A DNA stretch of 64,000 bases from an uncultured Alphaproteobacteria bacterium (GCA_944391485.1 CALXTQ010000013.1:809-64808); one strand, 5' to 3'. Counted from the first letter of the stretch, positions 48,101-58,235 are shown. Numbers and translations are program-made. Notes: generated by a model from the letters alone, not told the origin.

Positions 48101-49102
48101 CGATTCAATATGGTCAATAATGAATTTGCTCTGTCCTTTGAGCGTGTTTTCGATTTTTTCAACGCCGCTGTCCAGTCTGCCGAAAATCTCATCACAACCG
48201 CCGACCGCGCGGGTGGCAACCTGCTCCAGACGCTGGGTCTGTTCCGCAAGCAGTCCGGAGATGTGAGACACAGTTTCGTTGGTTTTGCCTCCGTATTCCA
48301 GCAGCATTTCGTTGGCTTCGGCCATTTTGCGGCTGCTGTCATCGGTAATATTCTGCAAAAGTTCAGAAGAAGAACGCAGTTCGCCTATATGCGGGGAAAG
48401 GGTTTCCATCAGCTCGGAAACTTCGTTTTTAACGCTGCCGGCTGCCGCGGCAAAGTCATGTATCTGATTGCGGAAAGATGCCGTCGAACTATCGGCTCTG
48501 TCGGCAACATATTCAAAACTGCTGACCAGGGTTTTGACACCTTCGGTCAGATCCTGCATGGTTTTTGAGGAATAATTGTCCAGAACACCGACCAGTTTGG
48601 CAAAGTCATCAACCCGATCACCAAGTTCTTTTTTGATTTTTTCTGTCTGGGCAATGGCCAGTTTGGTTACTTCCTGCAGCTCGACCACCTGAGAGCGGAT
48701 GGCGTCCGCCATGGCTTTGGCCGTCGTTGCGCCGCCTTCTTCGGGATAAACAAGCTGGTTCATATAAGCTCTGAGAAATTTTGCCTCGTGTTTGAAGCTG
48801 GAGCCGCGGTCAATATAAGCCATAACAACCCAGATAATAGCCAGAGGAAGGGTTACGCCGGCCAGAAAACCGCCGAACTCGTCCGGCATCATCAAAAAAA
48901 GGTTGGACCAGCCGAAAAACTGCGTGATGTAAATGACGACAACGGCAAACCAGATAACGCTGACCCAGATCATCAGCCTGTGGAGATTGTTGTTCAGCCA
49001 GGAAGCCTCGTTTTCATTTTCTTCCATATAATTGATTTTTCCGGTTTCGGACATGAAGTTTGGCAGCTGCGCGTCATTATTCTCAGTCGTTTGGTTTGAC
49101 AT
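45110..49102 (-). CDS. giant (~1330 aa) membrane-anchored coiled-coil protein with conserved-looking C-terminal globular domain
   Basis: ORF to 49162; the Met at 49102 is preceded by a GGGGAA RBS; two N-terminal TM helices, then ~1100 aa of heptad-like E/K/Q/S/T-rich repeats, then ~130-aa aromatic-rich C-terminus. Confidence 0.8.
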   Translation of the reverse strand: MSNQTTENNDAQLPNFMSETGKINYMEENENEASWLNNNLHRLMIWVSVIWFAVVVIYITQFFGWSNLFLMMPDEFGGFLAGVTLPLAIIWVVMAYIDRGSSFKHEAKFLRAYMNQLVYPEEGGATTAKAMADAIRSQVVELQEVTKLAIAQTEKIKKELGDRVDDFAKLVGVLDNYSSKTMQDLTEGVKTLVSSFEYVADRADSSTASFRNQIHDFAAAAGSVKNEVSELMETLSPHIGELRSSSELLQNITDDSSRKMAEANEMLLEYGGKTNETVSHISGLLAEQTQRLEQVATRAVGGCDEIFGRLDSGVEKIENTLKGQSKFIIDHIESLNRQTDMLSRRFSEQGEVLGAEVEKVMSRAGMIEESVSTQVRELNGVADGILDSLNSVEENITEKTSLLEEQSAQAVSRIQEVVTSLNNQVAQLSALTDTSIDKTNSITDNIVEKQKYLQGMFDAISYDFQQLNNDLNEKSENIKNQTESSIGRLNEVADVMQKHRDNLLEASNIVVAQSKISETSLAQQQRHISGSVSKIEETKAELKREIEELVRAAAIIDEEAGSAIKRLKFQMEQALKSSEDVVSKTKELNTNLETQTSTFNDAASKTLLKVGEFEVVLNDQNKKLDNISQLISDRASNISEILTAQAQNIDASTERSSKTFNEILTSFETQSTLLNSVAENTVGYVSDVVQALDEKADAINLLFKHQENEFFDICDRISENTNNIGSTLKKQVSVIEQSSDRVFARMALLEEDVSKRAETVVANSAKSIDKLAEIDKTVSEQNAEVNRFMQEITDKLNEVSANFRDNLHSFSDIVKDVQNESNIASSTLLSNCDKLKEARENMASETKNLSGIMDNHIKDIDMSVTKVQAQADTLKETFGHQKESLTDIANVVATQSRLGEASMAQQYKYLSDTAAEVAQKISEINTKFKESTDGIFDTSTRVAYEFDVLGDRLLKTSEVVFKASKNSIKNVEQANTALSQCAEDMALTIDGSVQKVDSVIKSYQDNVANFNTLTAEASTGVVEISNMISEQSDKMIKISEDTKELVDCFNVVLMDTSKQLSNRANQAYDKVKGLGENLKALSLQVEETTKMSSKHFENSGDKLRAAINEIAANAERISNEIRDSGEVFLKQSGVLVAATDDTLGKINNVMEVLNASTTEFARRGDDLISKSGSFNELFNKQLKVLIDTSDQADSKITALEKRYESIKVDTFLKDASYIIEKLETAAVDINRIFNPDAEEDLWKKYYNGDTGAFVRHLAKSMSRSQIVAVRSEFEKNLEFRNVVTKYLTEFETLITKAQGNERSGILLSVISGADIGKLYYILAKALDKLN

Positions 49103-49327
49103 AAATATAATTCCCCTGTATTTCCCCAAAAATATAAAATTTCTGGAGCCAGAATATAGCAATTTTTTTGAAATTGGAATTATAAAAACTTAAACGATAA
49201 ACTTATCCACAAGACGCAGGCCGTTATATGACAGAATGTTTATAACCCTGCCGGAAAGGAACAAAAAAGCTTCCGGAACCAATCCGGAAGCCGTCCTGTT
49301 TTAGCACGATTTTATGCCTCTTGCCGT

Positions 49328-49522
49328 TCAGTCTTTTGTATCTGAAATCCCGGCTTTTTTTCTGAGAACATATCTGAGCCTGTTAAGCGCCTGAAATTTC
49401 ATCTGATCTTCCGACAGCGAAGCCGGAACAACAACAGAAGCTTCCGTTCCGGTTTCCGGCTCGACTGCCGTTACTTTGACAGATGTTCCCGCACGTACAA
49501 ATTCAAACAAAATCTCCGTCAT
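49328..49522 (-). CDS. small conserved-looking protein (64 aa)
   Basis: ATG begins on the base right after the TAA of the upstream gene (TAA-ATG, same frame). Confidence 0.4.
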   Translation of the reverse strand: MTEILFEFVRAGTSVKVTAVEPETGTEASVVVPASLSEDQMKFQALNRLRYVLRKKAGISDTKD

Positions 49523-50329
49523 TTATCTTCCTGCTCCGGCTGCCGCACGAAAACCGAAAGATTGTCCTCTCCGGCGGCGGTTGATAAGCCTGTGTCTGTC
49601 ATTGAAACTGTTAGTGTGTTTAAAAATAACGCTCTTTTCCTCATCATTGAAGCCGTTGGCAACGTAGCCGTTTTCTAACAGCATATTGACAATGTCAAGC
49701 CTCATTTCCCCGTAACCAACCTTTATCTTTCCCCTTTCCTCGTTGAAAACCGGCGGATTGCCGAGCTCTTTGGCAAGATAGACGATATGCCCGCCGTCTT
49801 CAGGATCGACCGCTGCCTGCGTGATGCACATTCCGTTGCGCAGACCGTTCCGGTAGCTGTAATAGTTGTTGATGTCCACCATGGTAACGGCATATTTTCT
49901 TCCGCGGTTCCTGAACGCGATTTTCTGCCGGCAGGCATTCATAACCGAGGCCAGATTATTTCCCCGGAAAGCGGGATTAACCGATGCCTGTTCCAAAACA
50001 ACAATTTTTTCCGGTTCATAATCCAGATTAAAACCAGGTAATACGTTTTCCATATTGCGTTCATTAATGAAATTGGCCGACGAATAGCCTATCAGCCGGC
50101 CTTCGGAAAAGGCGCCGATGACAAGTTGGTCGCGGTTTTCTATCATTTTATTGAAATCGCTGACAGATTTGTGATGAATGAACTGCTGCTGCTCAGGTTT
50201 TAATCCGGACAAAATAAGTTTGTGCAGTGCGTGAAGTTCAAAAATATCTTCCTTATGCAACTCGCGGATGATATATTCCCGGCCGGTTTTAAGGAGACGC
50301 CCCCTTGTGATTATGACATCAGTCGACAT
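49523..50329 (-). CDS. hypothetical protein, GNAT/acyltransferase-like fold (tentative), with poly-Arg/Gly-Ala C-terminus
   Basis: 268 aa; VLEQASVNPAFRGNNLASVM resembles a GNAT motif A. Confidence 0.45.
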   Translation of the reverse strand: MSTDVIITRGRLLKTGREYIIRELHKEDIFELHALHKLILSGLKPEQQQFIHHKSVSDFNKMIENRDQLVIGAFSEGRLIGYSSANFINERNMENVLPGFNLDYEPEKIVVLEQASVNPAFRGNNLASVMNACRQKIAFRNRGRKYAVTMVDINNYYSYRNGLRNGMCITQAAVDPEDGGHIVYLAKELGNPPVFNEERGKIKVGYGEMRLDIVNMLLENGYVANGFNDEEKSVIFKHTNSFNDRHRLINRRRRGQSFGFRAAAGAGR

Positions 50330-50547
50330 GCTTTACCCTATCGTAAAAACTAAAAATTAAATTGATTTTTGATTATTGTGCCATGAAAACCGGCGTGTTG
50401 GAACAACGGAGCATTCCTGCTAGAGTTATCCTCTAGCGGGCTTTTTTCGGGAAGATTTTATAAAACCTGCAAAATACATAAAAAATTGCTCCTAAGCATA
50501 AGATAGGAGCAATTTTAAGAAAATTAAAGCCTTTGTCAAGAATTAAT

Positions 50548-52782
50548 TTAATCTTTGAAAAATTTATTACTCTTCGGAAAACCGAACGGCACCAGCTTGC
50601 CGACCTGGGCGCGGTGTCCGAGCCAGGCCAGAAGATCCGTTTCGGTTTTGACGCCGCTTGTCTTCTGATACGAGAAGCCGTCCGCGGCATTGAAAATCTG
50701 AATATCCGACAACCCGCCGTCTTTGTATTTCTGCAGCGTAACACCGCGGCCGCGGGCCATGGTCGGAATCTCCTCGACGGGAAAGACCAGAAGCTTGCGG
50801 TTGTCGCCGACGCAGGCAACGCTGTCGCCGGTGATTTCAATGCAAAAACGCGCCTGTTCTCTGTCCGCCAAATTCATAATCTTGCGGCCGATACGCGTCT
50901 GGGCAACAATGTGATTTTCGTCAACCACAAAACCTTTGCCGCTGTCAGAGGCGATGACATACTTGGCCTGCGGATTGAAAACAAACATCTTGCAGATTCT
51001 GTCATTGTTGCTCAGATCTATCATCAGACGCAGCGGCTGTCCAAATCCCCGGCCTCCGGGAATTTCACTGGCCGCAACGGTGAAAAACTTGCCGCTGGTA
51101 TCAAAGAAAATAATCTTGTCGGTTGTCTGGGCATGGATTGCAAACTGCAGAGAATCGTCGTCCTTGAACTTAAACTCTTCCTTCAGGTCGACATGCCCTT
51201 TAACATAACGGATCCAGCCTTTTTCAGACAGAATGACGGTAACGGGTTCTTTTTCGACAAAGGCTTCCACAGGCACTTCAATTTCCTCGGAAACTTCGGC
51301 AAATTCAGTGCGGCGTCTGCCAAGAGTCGTTTTTTTGCCGAATTTTTCGCGGATCTGTCTGATCTCTCCGGCAACAGCCTCCCAGCGTTTACTCTCATCG
51401 GCCAACAGGCTTTCCAGTTCTCCTTTTTCTGCCGTCAGGTCGTCAAATTCACGCCGGATTTCCGTTTCCTCCAGTTTACGCAATGACCGCAGCTTCATGT
51501 TCAAAATGGCTTCGGCCTGATTTTCCGTCAGGCTGAATTCCTTCATCATAACGGCTTTGGCGTCGTCTTCCTCTCTGATAATCCGGATGATTTCGTCAAG
51601 GTTCAGATAAGCTATCAGATAGCCGGAAAGGATTTCCAACCGGGCATTTATCTTGCCCAGACGGAACCGCACCCTGCGTTCCAGAACAATCAGCCGGTGC
51701 CGCAGAAAGTCATGCAGAACCTCTTTCAGGCTCATGACCCGAGGAACACCGTCAAAATCAAGGACATTCATGTTCATCGGAAAGCGAGATTCCAGATCGG
51801 TATTCTTAAAGAGATGTTCCATCAGCAGGTTGGCATCGACCGTCCGGTTTTTTGGTTCCAGAACAATACGAACGTCCTGCGCCGATTCATCTCTGACGTC
51901 ACTGAGCATCGGAAGCTTTTTATCATTCAGAAGCTGAGCGATTTTTTCAATCAGTTTGGATTTTATGACCTGATAAGGGATTTCGGTAATTATGATCTGA
52001 TATTGGCCGTGCCCGAGCTCCTCTTTCTGCCATTTTGCCCGGATGCGGAAAGTTCCTTTGCCCTGTTTGTAAGTATTGAGGATGCTTTCAAAGCTGTCGA
52101 TGATAATGCCGCCGGTTGGGAAATCGGGACCTTTTACCCTGCGGACCAAAGCCTCTTCCTCGCAGTCAGGCTTCTCAATCAGATAAAGCAGCGCGTCGCA
52201 TACTTCGCTTAAATTGTGCGGAGGAATGTTTGTCGCCATGCCGACGGCAATTCCGGCCGAACCGTTGCAGAGCAGATTGGGCACCATGGACGGCATAACG
52301 ACAGGCTCCTGCTCCTCGCCGTCATAAGTGTCGCGGAAGTCGACGGCATTGTCGTTCAGCCCTTCCATCAGAGCCATGGCAAATTCGGTCAGCCGCGCTT
52401 CGGTATAACGCATGGCGGCGGCTCCGTCTCCGTCGATGTTGCCGAAATTTCCCTGTCCGTCGACCAAAGGATAACGGACCGAGAAGTCCTGCGCCAGACG
52501 GACCATAGCCCCGTATACGGCGCTGTCGCCGTGAGGATGATATTTACCGATTACGTCGCCGACGACGCGGGCGCATTTTTTAAAACCGGATTTCGGATCC
52601 AGGTGAAGCTGCCGCATGGCAAACAACAGCCTGCGGTGAACAGGCTTTAAACCGTCGCGGACGTCAGGAAGCGCGCGGTCGACAATCGTCGACATGGCGT
52701 AAGAAAGGTATCTTTTGCTCAATTCCTCCGCCAGATGAACATCCTTAATTTTTTCTTCAACTTCCTGCATATTGTTACTCAC
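50548..52782 (-). CDS. parC: DNA topoisomerase IV subunit A
   Basis: 744 aa; type IIA topoisomerase A-subunit N-terminus ([24 protein letters not shown]), short C-terminal domain. Confidence 0.8.
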   Translation of the reverse strand: MSNNMQEVEEKIKDVHLAEELSKRYLSYAMSTIVDRALPDVRDGLKPVHRRLLFAMRQLHLDPKSGFKKCARVVGDVIGKYHPHGDSAVYGAMVRLAQDFSVRYPLVDGQGNFGNIDGDGAAAMRYTEARLTEFAMALMEGLNDNAVDFRDTYDGEEQEPVVMPSMVPNLLCNGSAGIAVGMATNIPPHNLSEVCDALLYLIEKPDCEEEALVRRVKGPDFPTGGIIIDSFESILNTYKQGKGTFRIRAKWQKEELGHGQYQIIITEIPYQVIKSKLIEKIAQLLNDKKLPMLSDVRDESAQDVRIVLEPKNRTVDANLLMEHLFKNTDLESRFPMNMNVLDFDGVPRVMSLKEVLHDFLRHRLIVLERRVRFRLGKINARLEILSGYLIAYLNLDEIIRIIREEDDAKAVMMKEFSLTENQAEAILNMKLRSLRKLEETEIRREFDDLTAEKGELESLLADESKRWEAVAGEIRQIREKFGKKTTLGRRRTEFAEVSEEIEVPVEAFVEKEPVTVILSEKGWIRYVKGHVDLKEEFKFKDDDSLQFAIHAQTTDKIIFFDTSGKFFTVAASEIPGGRGFGQPLRLMIDLSNNDRICKMFVFNPQAKYVIASDSGKGFVVDENHIVAQTRIGRKIMNLADREQARFCIEITGDSVACVGDNRKLLVFPVEEIPTMARGRGVTLQKYKDGGLSDIQIFNAADGFSYQKTSGVKTETDLLAWLGHRAQVGKLVPFGFPKSNKFFKD

Positions 52783-52788
52783 ATCCGA

Positions 52789-53505
52789 TTATAGGCCTAA
52801 ATTATGCAGCAAATTAGCACGGTTTGCGGGGAATTTCAAGTTATGTGTCTGAAAAAAGTTTTTATTGAGGAAAAATTCGGTCATTCTCAGCAAATCCGCC
52901 ACTTCCGTTATCTCGGGCCGGTAATTTTTATCCACAATGTAACGGGGAAATCTAAACAGCCTGTCTTTATAAGGTTCTCCCGCCTCGGCACAGACCGCGC
53001 GCCCGCTTTTCGGCGAAACATAACGCAGATTTTCGGTTCGGCCGGTTGCCGAACATTCGCTCAGGTCCAGACCGATTCCGAGAAAATCAAGAAGATAAAA
53101 TTCGAAGTAAGAATAGTGTACTAACCAGTTATCTTCACCTATAAAATAAAAAAAACTGTCAACGAGATAGTAAAATCTTTCCAATTCGACCTTTTCGGGC
53201 ATGCAGGCGTTGGCCAGTTCGCAAAAAGAAGTCAGAACCGACAGCTTAGCGGCATCGCCGATGAAATTGACGGCAGAAGGTCTGAGCAGCTCCGTTCGGA
53301 AACTCAGCATATTTTCTTCCAGCCGGGCATAGGCATCAAGACTTATCAAATTGCCGGGCTGATAAACGCCAAGATTTTTTTTGCTGTGTCCGCCTTTTAC
53401 ATATCCGACCAGTTTGCCGTGAAAGCGCGTCAGCACCGTTAAAATAAGCGAGTTTTCACCATGCTTTCTGATGTTGATTATATATCCTTCGTCGGTAAAT
53501 TGCAC
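52789..53505 (-). CDS. recO: DNA repair protein RecO
   Basis: 238 aa; N-terminal OB fold matching RecO; C-terminal Cys-poor alpha-type variant. Confidence 0.8.
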   Translation of the reverse strand: MQFTDEGYIINIRKHGENSLILTVLTRFHGKLVGYVKGGHSKKNLGVYQPGNLISLDAYARLEENMLSFRTELLRPSAVNFIGDAAKLSVLTSFCELANACMPEKVELERFYYLVDSFFYFIGEDNWLVHYSYFEFYLLDFLGIGLDLSECSATGRTENLRYVSPKSGRAVCAEAGEPYKDRLFRFPRYIVDKNYRPEITEVADLLRMTEFFLNKNFFQTHNLKFPANRANLLHNLGL

Positions 53506-53558
53506 TTTGCGGAACGCCCCTCCTCCATTTGGTTCTTCCGGATCAGATCTTTACGGTT

Positions 53559-54071
53559 TTACGCCGCTGTTTTTAAAGTTTCCGTTTTCAGCATTTTCCG
53601 GAAAATTTCCTCGGTTTCCGCGGGAGTTTCGCCTTTTTCAAAACTCTCGACAAGCATCATGACAACCTCGGCAAAGCGGGGCGAGATGTTTTTTTCATCG
53701 GTATTTATACGGATGCAGAGCACACCGTCTTCCATTGCGGCGCGGACAGAAGTTTTTTCCGGCGAAGACGTGATCATAATGCAGGCATTAAACCCCGACA
53801 GCGTTTGAGGAGCGGAAGAAGAATCTTTCTGTTCCCTGATCTGAAATTCATAATTGTTTTTGAAACCGGGGTCGGACAAATATTGGCTGCCGCTGCCGGC
53901 TGCGGGCATTAAAACGCCAATTTTGACCACAGGTTTGTTCTGCTCAGCGGCCAGAGCATTTTCCCGCAGCTGCTTATCATACTGCCATCCTGACAAAACG
54001 GCCAGAATTGCACAGGCCAAAAGCAGAAAATAGTTTCTTTGTCCGAAAAACTCTTTCAAACTCATCCTCAA
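53559..54071 (-). CDS. hypothetical exported/membrane-anchored protein
   Basis: 170 aa; N-terminal hydrophobic segment. Confidence 0.4.
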   Translation of the reverse strand: MRMSLKEFFGQRNYFLLLACAILAVLSGWQYDKQLRENALAAEQNKPVVKIGVLMPAAGSGSQYLSDPGFKNNYEFQIREQKDSSSAPQTLSGFNACIMITSSPEKTSVRAAMEDGVLCIRINTDEKNISPRFAEVVMMLVESFEKGETPAETEEIFRKMLKTETLKTAA

Positions 54072-54122
54072 AATGTCCCCGGAAGTAAAGTTTCCCCGGA
54101 AACAGTTCCGGGGAGACCTTGG

Positions 54123-54968
54123 TTAATAATCATGAATGATTGATTTGGTTATTTTATCGTAGGCCATCAGTTCTTCCAGAACCCTTTTCATATCATGCAG
54201 AGGGATCATATTCGGACCGTCCGACAAGGCTTTATCCGGATTGTCATGCGTCTCGATAAACACTGCGGCTACACCGACGGCGACGGCCGCCCGCGCCAAA
54301 ACAGGAGCATATTCCCGCTGTCCGCCGGAAGTTCCGCCCTGCCCGCTCGGCTGCTGGACAGAATGCGTCGCATCAAAGATAACCGGACAGCCCGTGTCTT
54401 TTGCCATGCGCGGCAATCCGCGGAAATCCGTTACCAGCGTGTTATAACCGAAAGAAACGCCGCGTTCCGTCAGACAGACATTTGTATTTCCGGAATCTTC
54501 GGCTTTCTGGACAATATGCTTCATGTCCCAGGGCGCGCAAAACTGCCCTTTTTTGATGTTAACAACCTTGCCTGTTCTGGCCGCGGCTACCACCAGGTCG
54601 GTCTGACGGCACAAAAAGGCCGGTATCTGCAGCATATCGACATACTGGGCGACAACGCCGCACTGTTCTTTCTCATGCACATCGGTAACAATCGGCAGGT
54701 TATCGTACCGTTTTTTGATCTCCTCAAAAGTCAGCATGCCTTCTTCAAGCCCGACGCCACGCGCTCCGTGAATGGACGTTCTGTTTGCCTTGTCGAAGGA
54801 AGCCTTGAAAATGTAGTTTATGCCCAGTTCCCGGGTTATTTCGACCATAGCGCCGGCTATGTCAACGGCATGCTGGCGGCTCTCTATCTGACAGGGACCG
54901 GCCAGCAACGCAAAAGGCAGCCCGTTGCCGATTTTGAAATTGCCGATTTCTACTGTTTTCTGTTCCAT
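54123..54968 (-). CDS. kdsA: 3-deoxy-8-phosphooctulonate synthase
   Basis: 281 aa DAHP-synthase-I-family TIM barrel; KdsA hallmark blocks. Confidence 0.95.
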   Translation of the reverse strand: MEQKTVEIGNFKIGNGLPFALLAGPCQIESRQHAVDIAGAMVEITRELGINYIFKASFDKANRTSIHGARGVGLEEGMLTFEEIKKRYDNLPIVTDVHEKEQCGVVAQYVDMLQIPAFLCRQTDLVVAAARTGKVVNIKKGQFCAPWDMKHIVQKAEDSGNTNVCLTERGVSFGYNTLVTDFRGLPRMAKDTGCPVIFDATHSVQQPSGQGGTSGGQREYAPVLARAAVAVGVAAVFIETHDNPDKALSDGPNMIPLHDMKRVLEELMAYDKITKSIIHDY

Positions 54969-55053
54969 TTTATTGTCCTCATTAGCGTTTATAATAATTT
55001 ATTTCTAACAGATGCCCGTTTTGTCGGCAACTTTTATTGCAAAGATATAAACG

Positions 55054-55647
55054 TCAATTTAACTGCCAGCGAAGCCATGTAAACAGAATATTGCCGTCAT
55101 TTTTTACTCCCGGGACATATGCGGCCTGGATTGACAGGCGTTTGTAGGTCAGCCCGGCAATCGGCAGAGGCAACGGCAGCGGAATATAATTGTATTCGTG
55201 CCGCTGGGTAACCGAAAGGGTAATCCCGACGCCGATTTTCCAGTCCTTGTTTTCATCCAGCGTCCAGTTTTTCTGATAAGCATAGCCGAAAATCGTCTGC
55301 AAATAACGGTTGGAGTCCTTGAACCCCATGGCGTACAGACCGTGCCAATCGCCGTCTTCGTCATACCGCGATTTGCCAAATCCGATGCCCCACGGTTCCT
55401 CGTTGTACTTATCTATATGTTCGCGATCGTAAAACAGCCGGTTATGCCAGGTATGAACGGGAACATACAGGTCGTAGGTGCCGGAATTCCAGGTTTCGAC
55501 AATATTTCTGACCGCTCTGTTCCAGTAATTTTCTCCGGATGCAGCCGCGTTTCCGGACAGAAAAAAAGCCAGCAAAAATAAAACGGCGGTTGCGATCCGG
55601 CATATTTTTCCTGCGTTCTTCTGCGTCAAATAAAAGTTCCTTTCCAT
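55054..55647 (-). CDS. pagP: lipid A palmitoyltransferase PagP
   Basis: 197 aa; aligns along its length with enterobacterial PagP (YDLYVPVHTWHNR, NEEPWGIGFGKSRYDEDGDWHGLYAMGFKDS, NYIPLPLPLPIAGL...YVPG...GNILFTWLRWQ). Confidence 0.75.
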   Translation of the reverse strand: MERNFYLTQKNAGKICRIATAVLFLLAFFLSGNAAASGENYWNRAVRNIVETWNSGTYDLYVPVHTWHNRLFYDREHIDKYNEEPWGIGFGKSRYDEDGDWHGLYAMGFKDSNRYLQTIFGYAYQKNWTLDENKDWKIGVGITLSVTQRHEYNYIPLPLPLPIAGLTYKRLSIQAAYVPGVKNDGNILFTWLRWQLN

Positions 55648-55676
55648 AAAGTTTTTTCATGAAATGCAACAGATAT

Positions 55677-56132
55677 TTATTTACGCAGCAGCAGATTTTC
55701 AAAGATTATTTCACGGATTTTTGTATGTTTTGAAAAAAGTTCTTTTATTTCAACAAGTTGCTTATTGTTCAGCGGAATATTTAAAAAGCTTATGATTTCC
55801 AGATAGGGCAGATTTTTAAAAATATTCGGCAGGTACGGCAAAATATGCGCGTGAAAATAAGCCACCCTTTCCGGGTGAAGATCGATTTTGTGTTCCCGCC
55901 GGTTTTCTTCGGCCATTTTCCGGCGTTTTTGGTCAGATTCGGAAGTTGCGACGCCACACCCGGAGGCGAAATTTTCCAGCTCCGTTATGTGCAAAACCTC
56001 TAGTTTCCCGCATGCCGGCAGGAGCCGCAAAAAGCGGTCCTGCTGTTCCTCCGAGGCATTATTGACCGTAAAGCCGCAGACTTTGCAGCGCGGATCCGTC
56101 AGCATGCCCAGACGCTCTTCGACATCTTCCAT
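55677..56132 (-). CDS. hypothetical protein
   Basis: 151 aa; Cys pair near the N-terminus; no recognisable motif. Confidence 0.4.
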   Translation of the reverse strand: MEDVEERLGMLTDPRCKVCGFTVNNASEEQQDRFLRLLPACGKLEVLHITELENFASGCGVATSESDQKRRKMAEENRREHKIDLHPERVAYFHAHILPYLPNIFKNLPYLEIISFLNIPLNNKQLVEIKELFSKHTKIREIIFENLLLRK

Positions 56133-56156
56133 CTGACAAACCTGTCTGTTTTTGTG

Positions 56157-57824
56157 TCAGAGCAGATGGCTGGCGTCTATGGCCGCTTTTACGAAAGATA
56201 CAAAAAGCGGATGCGGAGCAAAAGGCTTGGACTTCAGTTCCGGATGAAACTGGACGCCGATGAACCAGGGATGATCCGGCCGTTCGACGATTTCGGGAAG
56301 CCTACCGTCCGGAGATTTTCCGGAAATGACCATTCCCGCCTGTTTTAGTTGCTCTTCATATTTCATGTTTACTTCATAACGGTGGCGATGCCGTTCGGAA
56401 ATTTTGTTTCCGCCGTAAATCTTGCTGGCAAGGCTGTCTTTATCAAGTACTGATTCATAAGCGCCCAGACGCATCGTGCCCCCCAGATCGCCGTCTTTAT
56501 GACGGATTTGTTTGGCTCCGTCTTTATCCCATTCGGTCATCAGGCCGACAACCGGTTCGCAGGCTTTGCCAAACTCGGTGGTTCCGGCCGTTTTAATACC
56601 GGCGACATTGCGCATGGTTTCAATGACGGCCATTTGCATGCCGAAACAAATTCCCAAAAATGGCACGTTATGTTCGCGGGCATATCTGATGGCCGCCAGC
56701 TTTCCTTCCGTTCCGCGTTCGCCAAAGCCTCCGGGAACAAGAATGGCACTGACCTCAGACAGATATGTGTCCGGATCGCCTTTTTCCAGAAGTTCGGAAT
56801 CGATCCATTTTACGCGCACTTTGAATTTGTTGGCAATACCGCCGTGCGTCAACGCCTCGTTTAATGATTTATAAGCTTCCAGTAGCTGGGTATATTTGCC
56901 GACAACGGCGATTTTAACCTCGCCCTCCGGACAGCGAATCGTATTAACAATGTTTTCCCATTTGCTCAGATCGGGCTCTTTCTTGCAGTCAATGCCGAAA
57001 TGTTTGCAGACCTGGGCGTCCATCCCCTCATGAGAATAGGCAACGGGCACCTGATAAATCGTGTCTACATCCAGTGCGGCAATGACGTTTTCTTCGCGGA
57101 TATTACAGAATAAGGCTATCTTGCGTTTTTCATTCTGCGGGATCGGGGTCTGCGACCGGCAGAGAAGCATATCCGGCTGGATTCCGTATTCCTGAAGTTT
57201 TTTGACGGAATGCTGCGTCGGTTTTGTCTTTAATTCTCCGGCTGCCGGAATATAGGGCAGAAGCGTTACGTGCAGAAACATTACCCTGTCCCGCCCCAGA
57301 TCATAGGCAACCTGACGAATCGCCTCGAGATAGGGCTGGCCTTCAATATCGCCGACCGTGCCGCCGATTTCGCACAGGACAAAATCCTCATCAGAAATGT
57401 CGGAATAAATAAAATCCTTGATTTCGTTCGTTACATGCGGGATGACCTGAATTGTGGCCCCGAGATAATCGCCGTGTCGCTCTTTGTCAATAACGCGCTG
57501 ATATATTTTGCCGGTGGTTATGCTGTCCGTCCTTTTGGCCGGGACGCCCGAAAAACGCTCGTAATGCCCAAGATCCAAGTCGGCTTCTGTACCGTCATCC
57601 GTTACAAAAACCTCGCCGTGCTGGTACGGGCTCATAGTTCCGGGGTCGACATTGAGGTACGGGTCGAGTTTGCGCAGCCGGACCTTAAAACCGCGGGACT
57701 GCAGGATCGAGGCCAGAGAAGCGGAAGCCAGCCCCTTCCCCAGCGAGGAAACAACACCGCCGGTGATGAAAATAAATTTTGCTTTTGACGATAACACATT
57801 ATTCAGATTAGTAGATTCAGACAT
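56157..57824 (-). CDS. pyrG: CTP synthase
   Basis: 555 aa; synthetase domain plus GATase with Cys-His-Glu triad (GICFGMQ). Confidence 0.95.
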   Translation of the reverse strand: MSESTNLNNVLSSKAKFIFITGGVVSSLGKGLASASLASILQSRGFKVRLRKLDPYLNVDPGTMSPYQHGEVFVTDDGTEADLDLGHYERFSGVPAKRTDSITTGKIYQRVIDKERHGDYLGATIQVIPHVTNEIKDFIYSDISDEDFVLCEIGGTVGDIEGQPYLEAIRQVAYDLGRDRVMFLHVTLLPYIPAAGELKTKPTQHSVKKLQEYGIQPDMLLCRSQTPIPQNEKRKIALFCNIREENVIAALDVDTIYQVPVAYSHEGMDAQVCKHFGIDCKKEPDLSKWENIVNTIRCPEGEVKIAVVGKYTQLLEAYKSLNEALTHGGIANKFKVRVKWIDSELLEKGDPDTYLSEVSAILVPGGFGERGTEGKLAAIRYAREHNVPFLGICFGMQMAVIETMRNVAGIKTAGTTEFGKACEPVVGLMTEWDKDGAKQIRHKDGDLGGTMRLGAYESVLDKDSLASKIYGGNKISERHRHRYEVNMKYEEQLKQAGMVISGKSPDGRLPEIVERPDHPWFIGVQFHPELKSKPFAPHPLFVSFVKAAIDASHLL

Positions 57825-57908
57825 TACAAGTTCCTTTTTTGCCTTATTTTAAAGAGACAAAGGCACCGTCTCGAAAGAGGGTGCCTTATGTCTGAGCGTT
57901 TCGAACAT

Positions 57909-58235
57909 TTATTTTCCGGCGACCGGGGCGCTTGGGGCTGACGGTACGGACGGAGCGCTGTCCTGAACGGGAGCCTGTTCCAGAATGGAACCGCTGGGTC
58001 GTTCGGCACTTTTATAATATATTGACAAAGCGATGCTGGTCGCAAAAAACAGCGTGGCCAAAACGGCCGTTACTCTGGTAAGAAGGTTTCCGGTTCCGCG
58101 AACGCTCAGAAAACTGCTGGCGCCGCTGCCGCCGCCCAGACCGTCCAGAGCACCGCCGCCGGAACGCTGCATTAAAATGACGGCAACCAGAAAGATTGCG
58201 ATCAGAAGATGAATAACCAATAAGATTGTTTCCAT
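57909..58235 (-). CDS. secG: preprotein translocase subunit SecG
   Basis: 108 aa; two TM helices; Gly-rich GGGALDGLGGGSGAS loop. Confidence 0.9.
   Translation of the reverse strand: METILLVIHLLIAIFLVAVILMQRSGGGALDGLGGGSGASSFLSVRGTGNLLTRVTAVLATLFFATSIALSIYYKSAERPSGSILEQAPVQDSAPSVPSAPSAPVAGK

Noticed and set aside
50533-51486. 317-aa ORF antisense to parC
   Set aside because: Embedded antisense frame.
54195-55082. 295-aa ORF antisense to kdsA
   Set aside because: Embedded antisense frame; kdsA is unambiguous.
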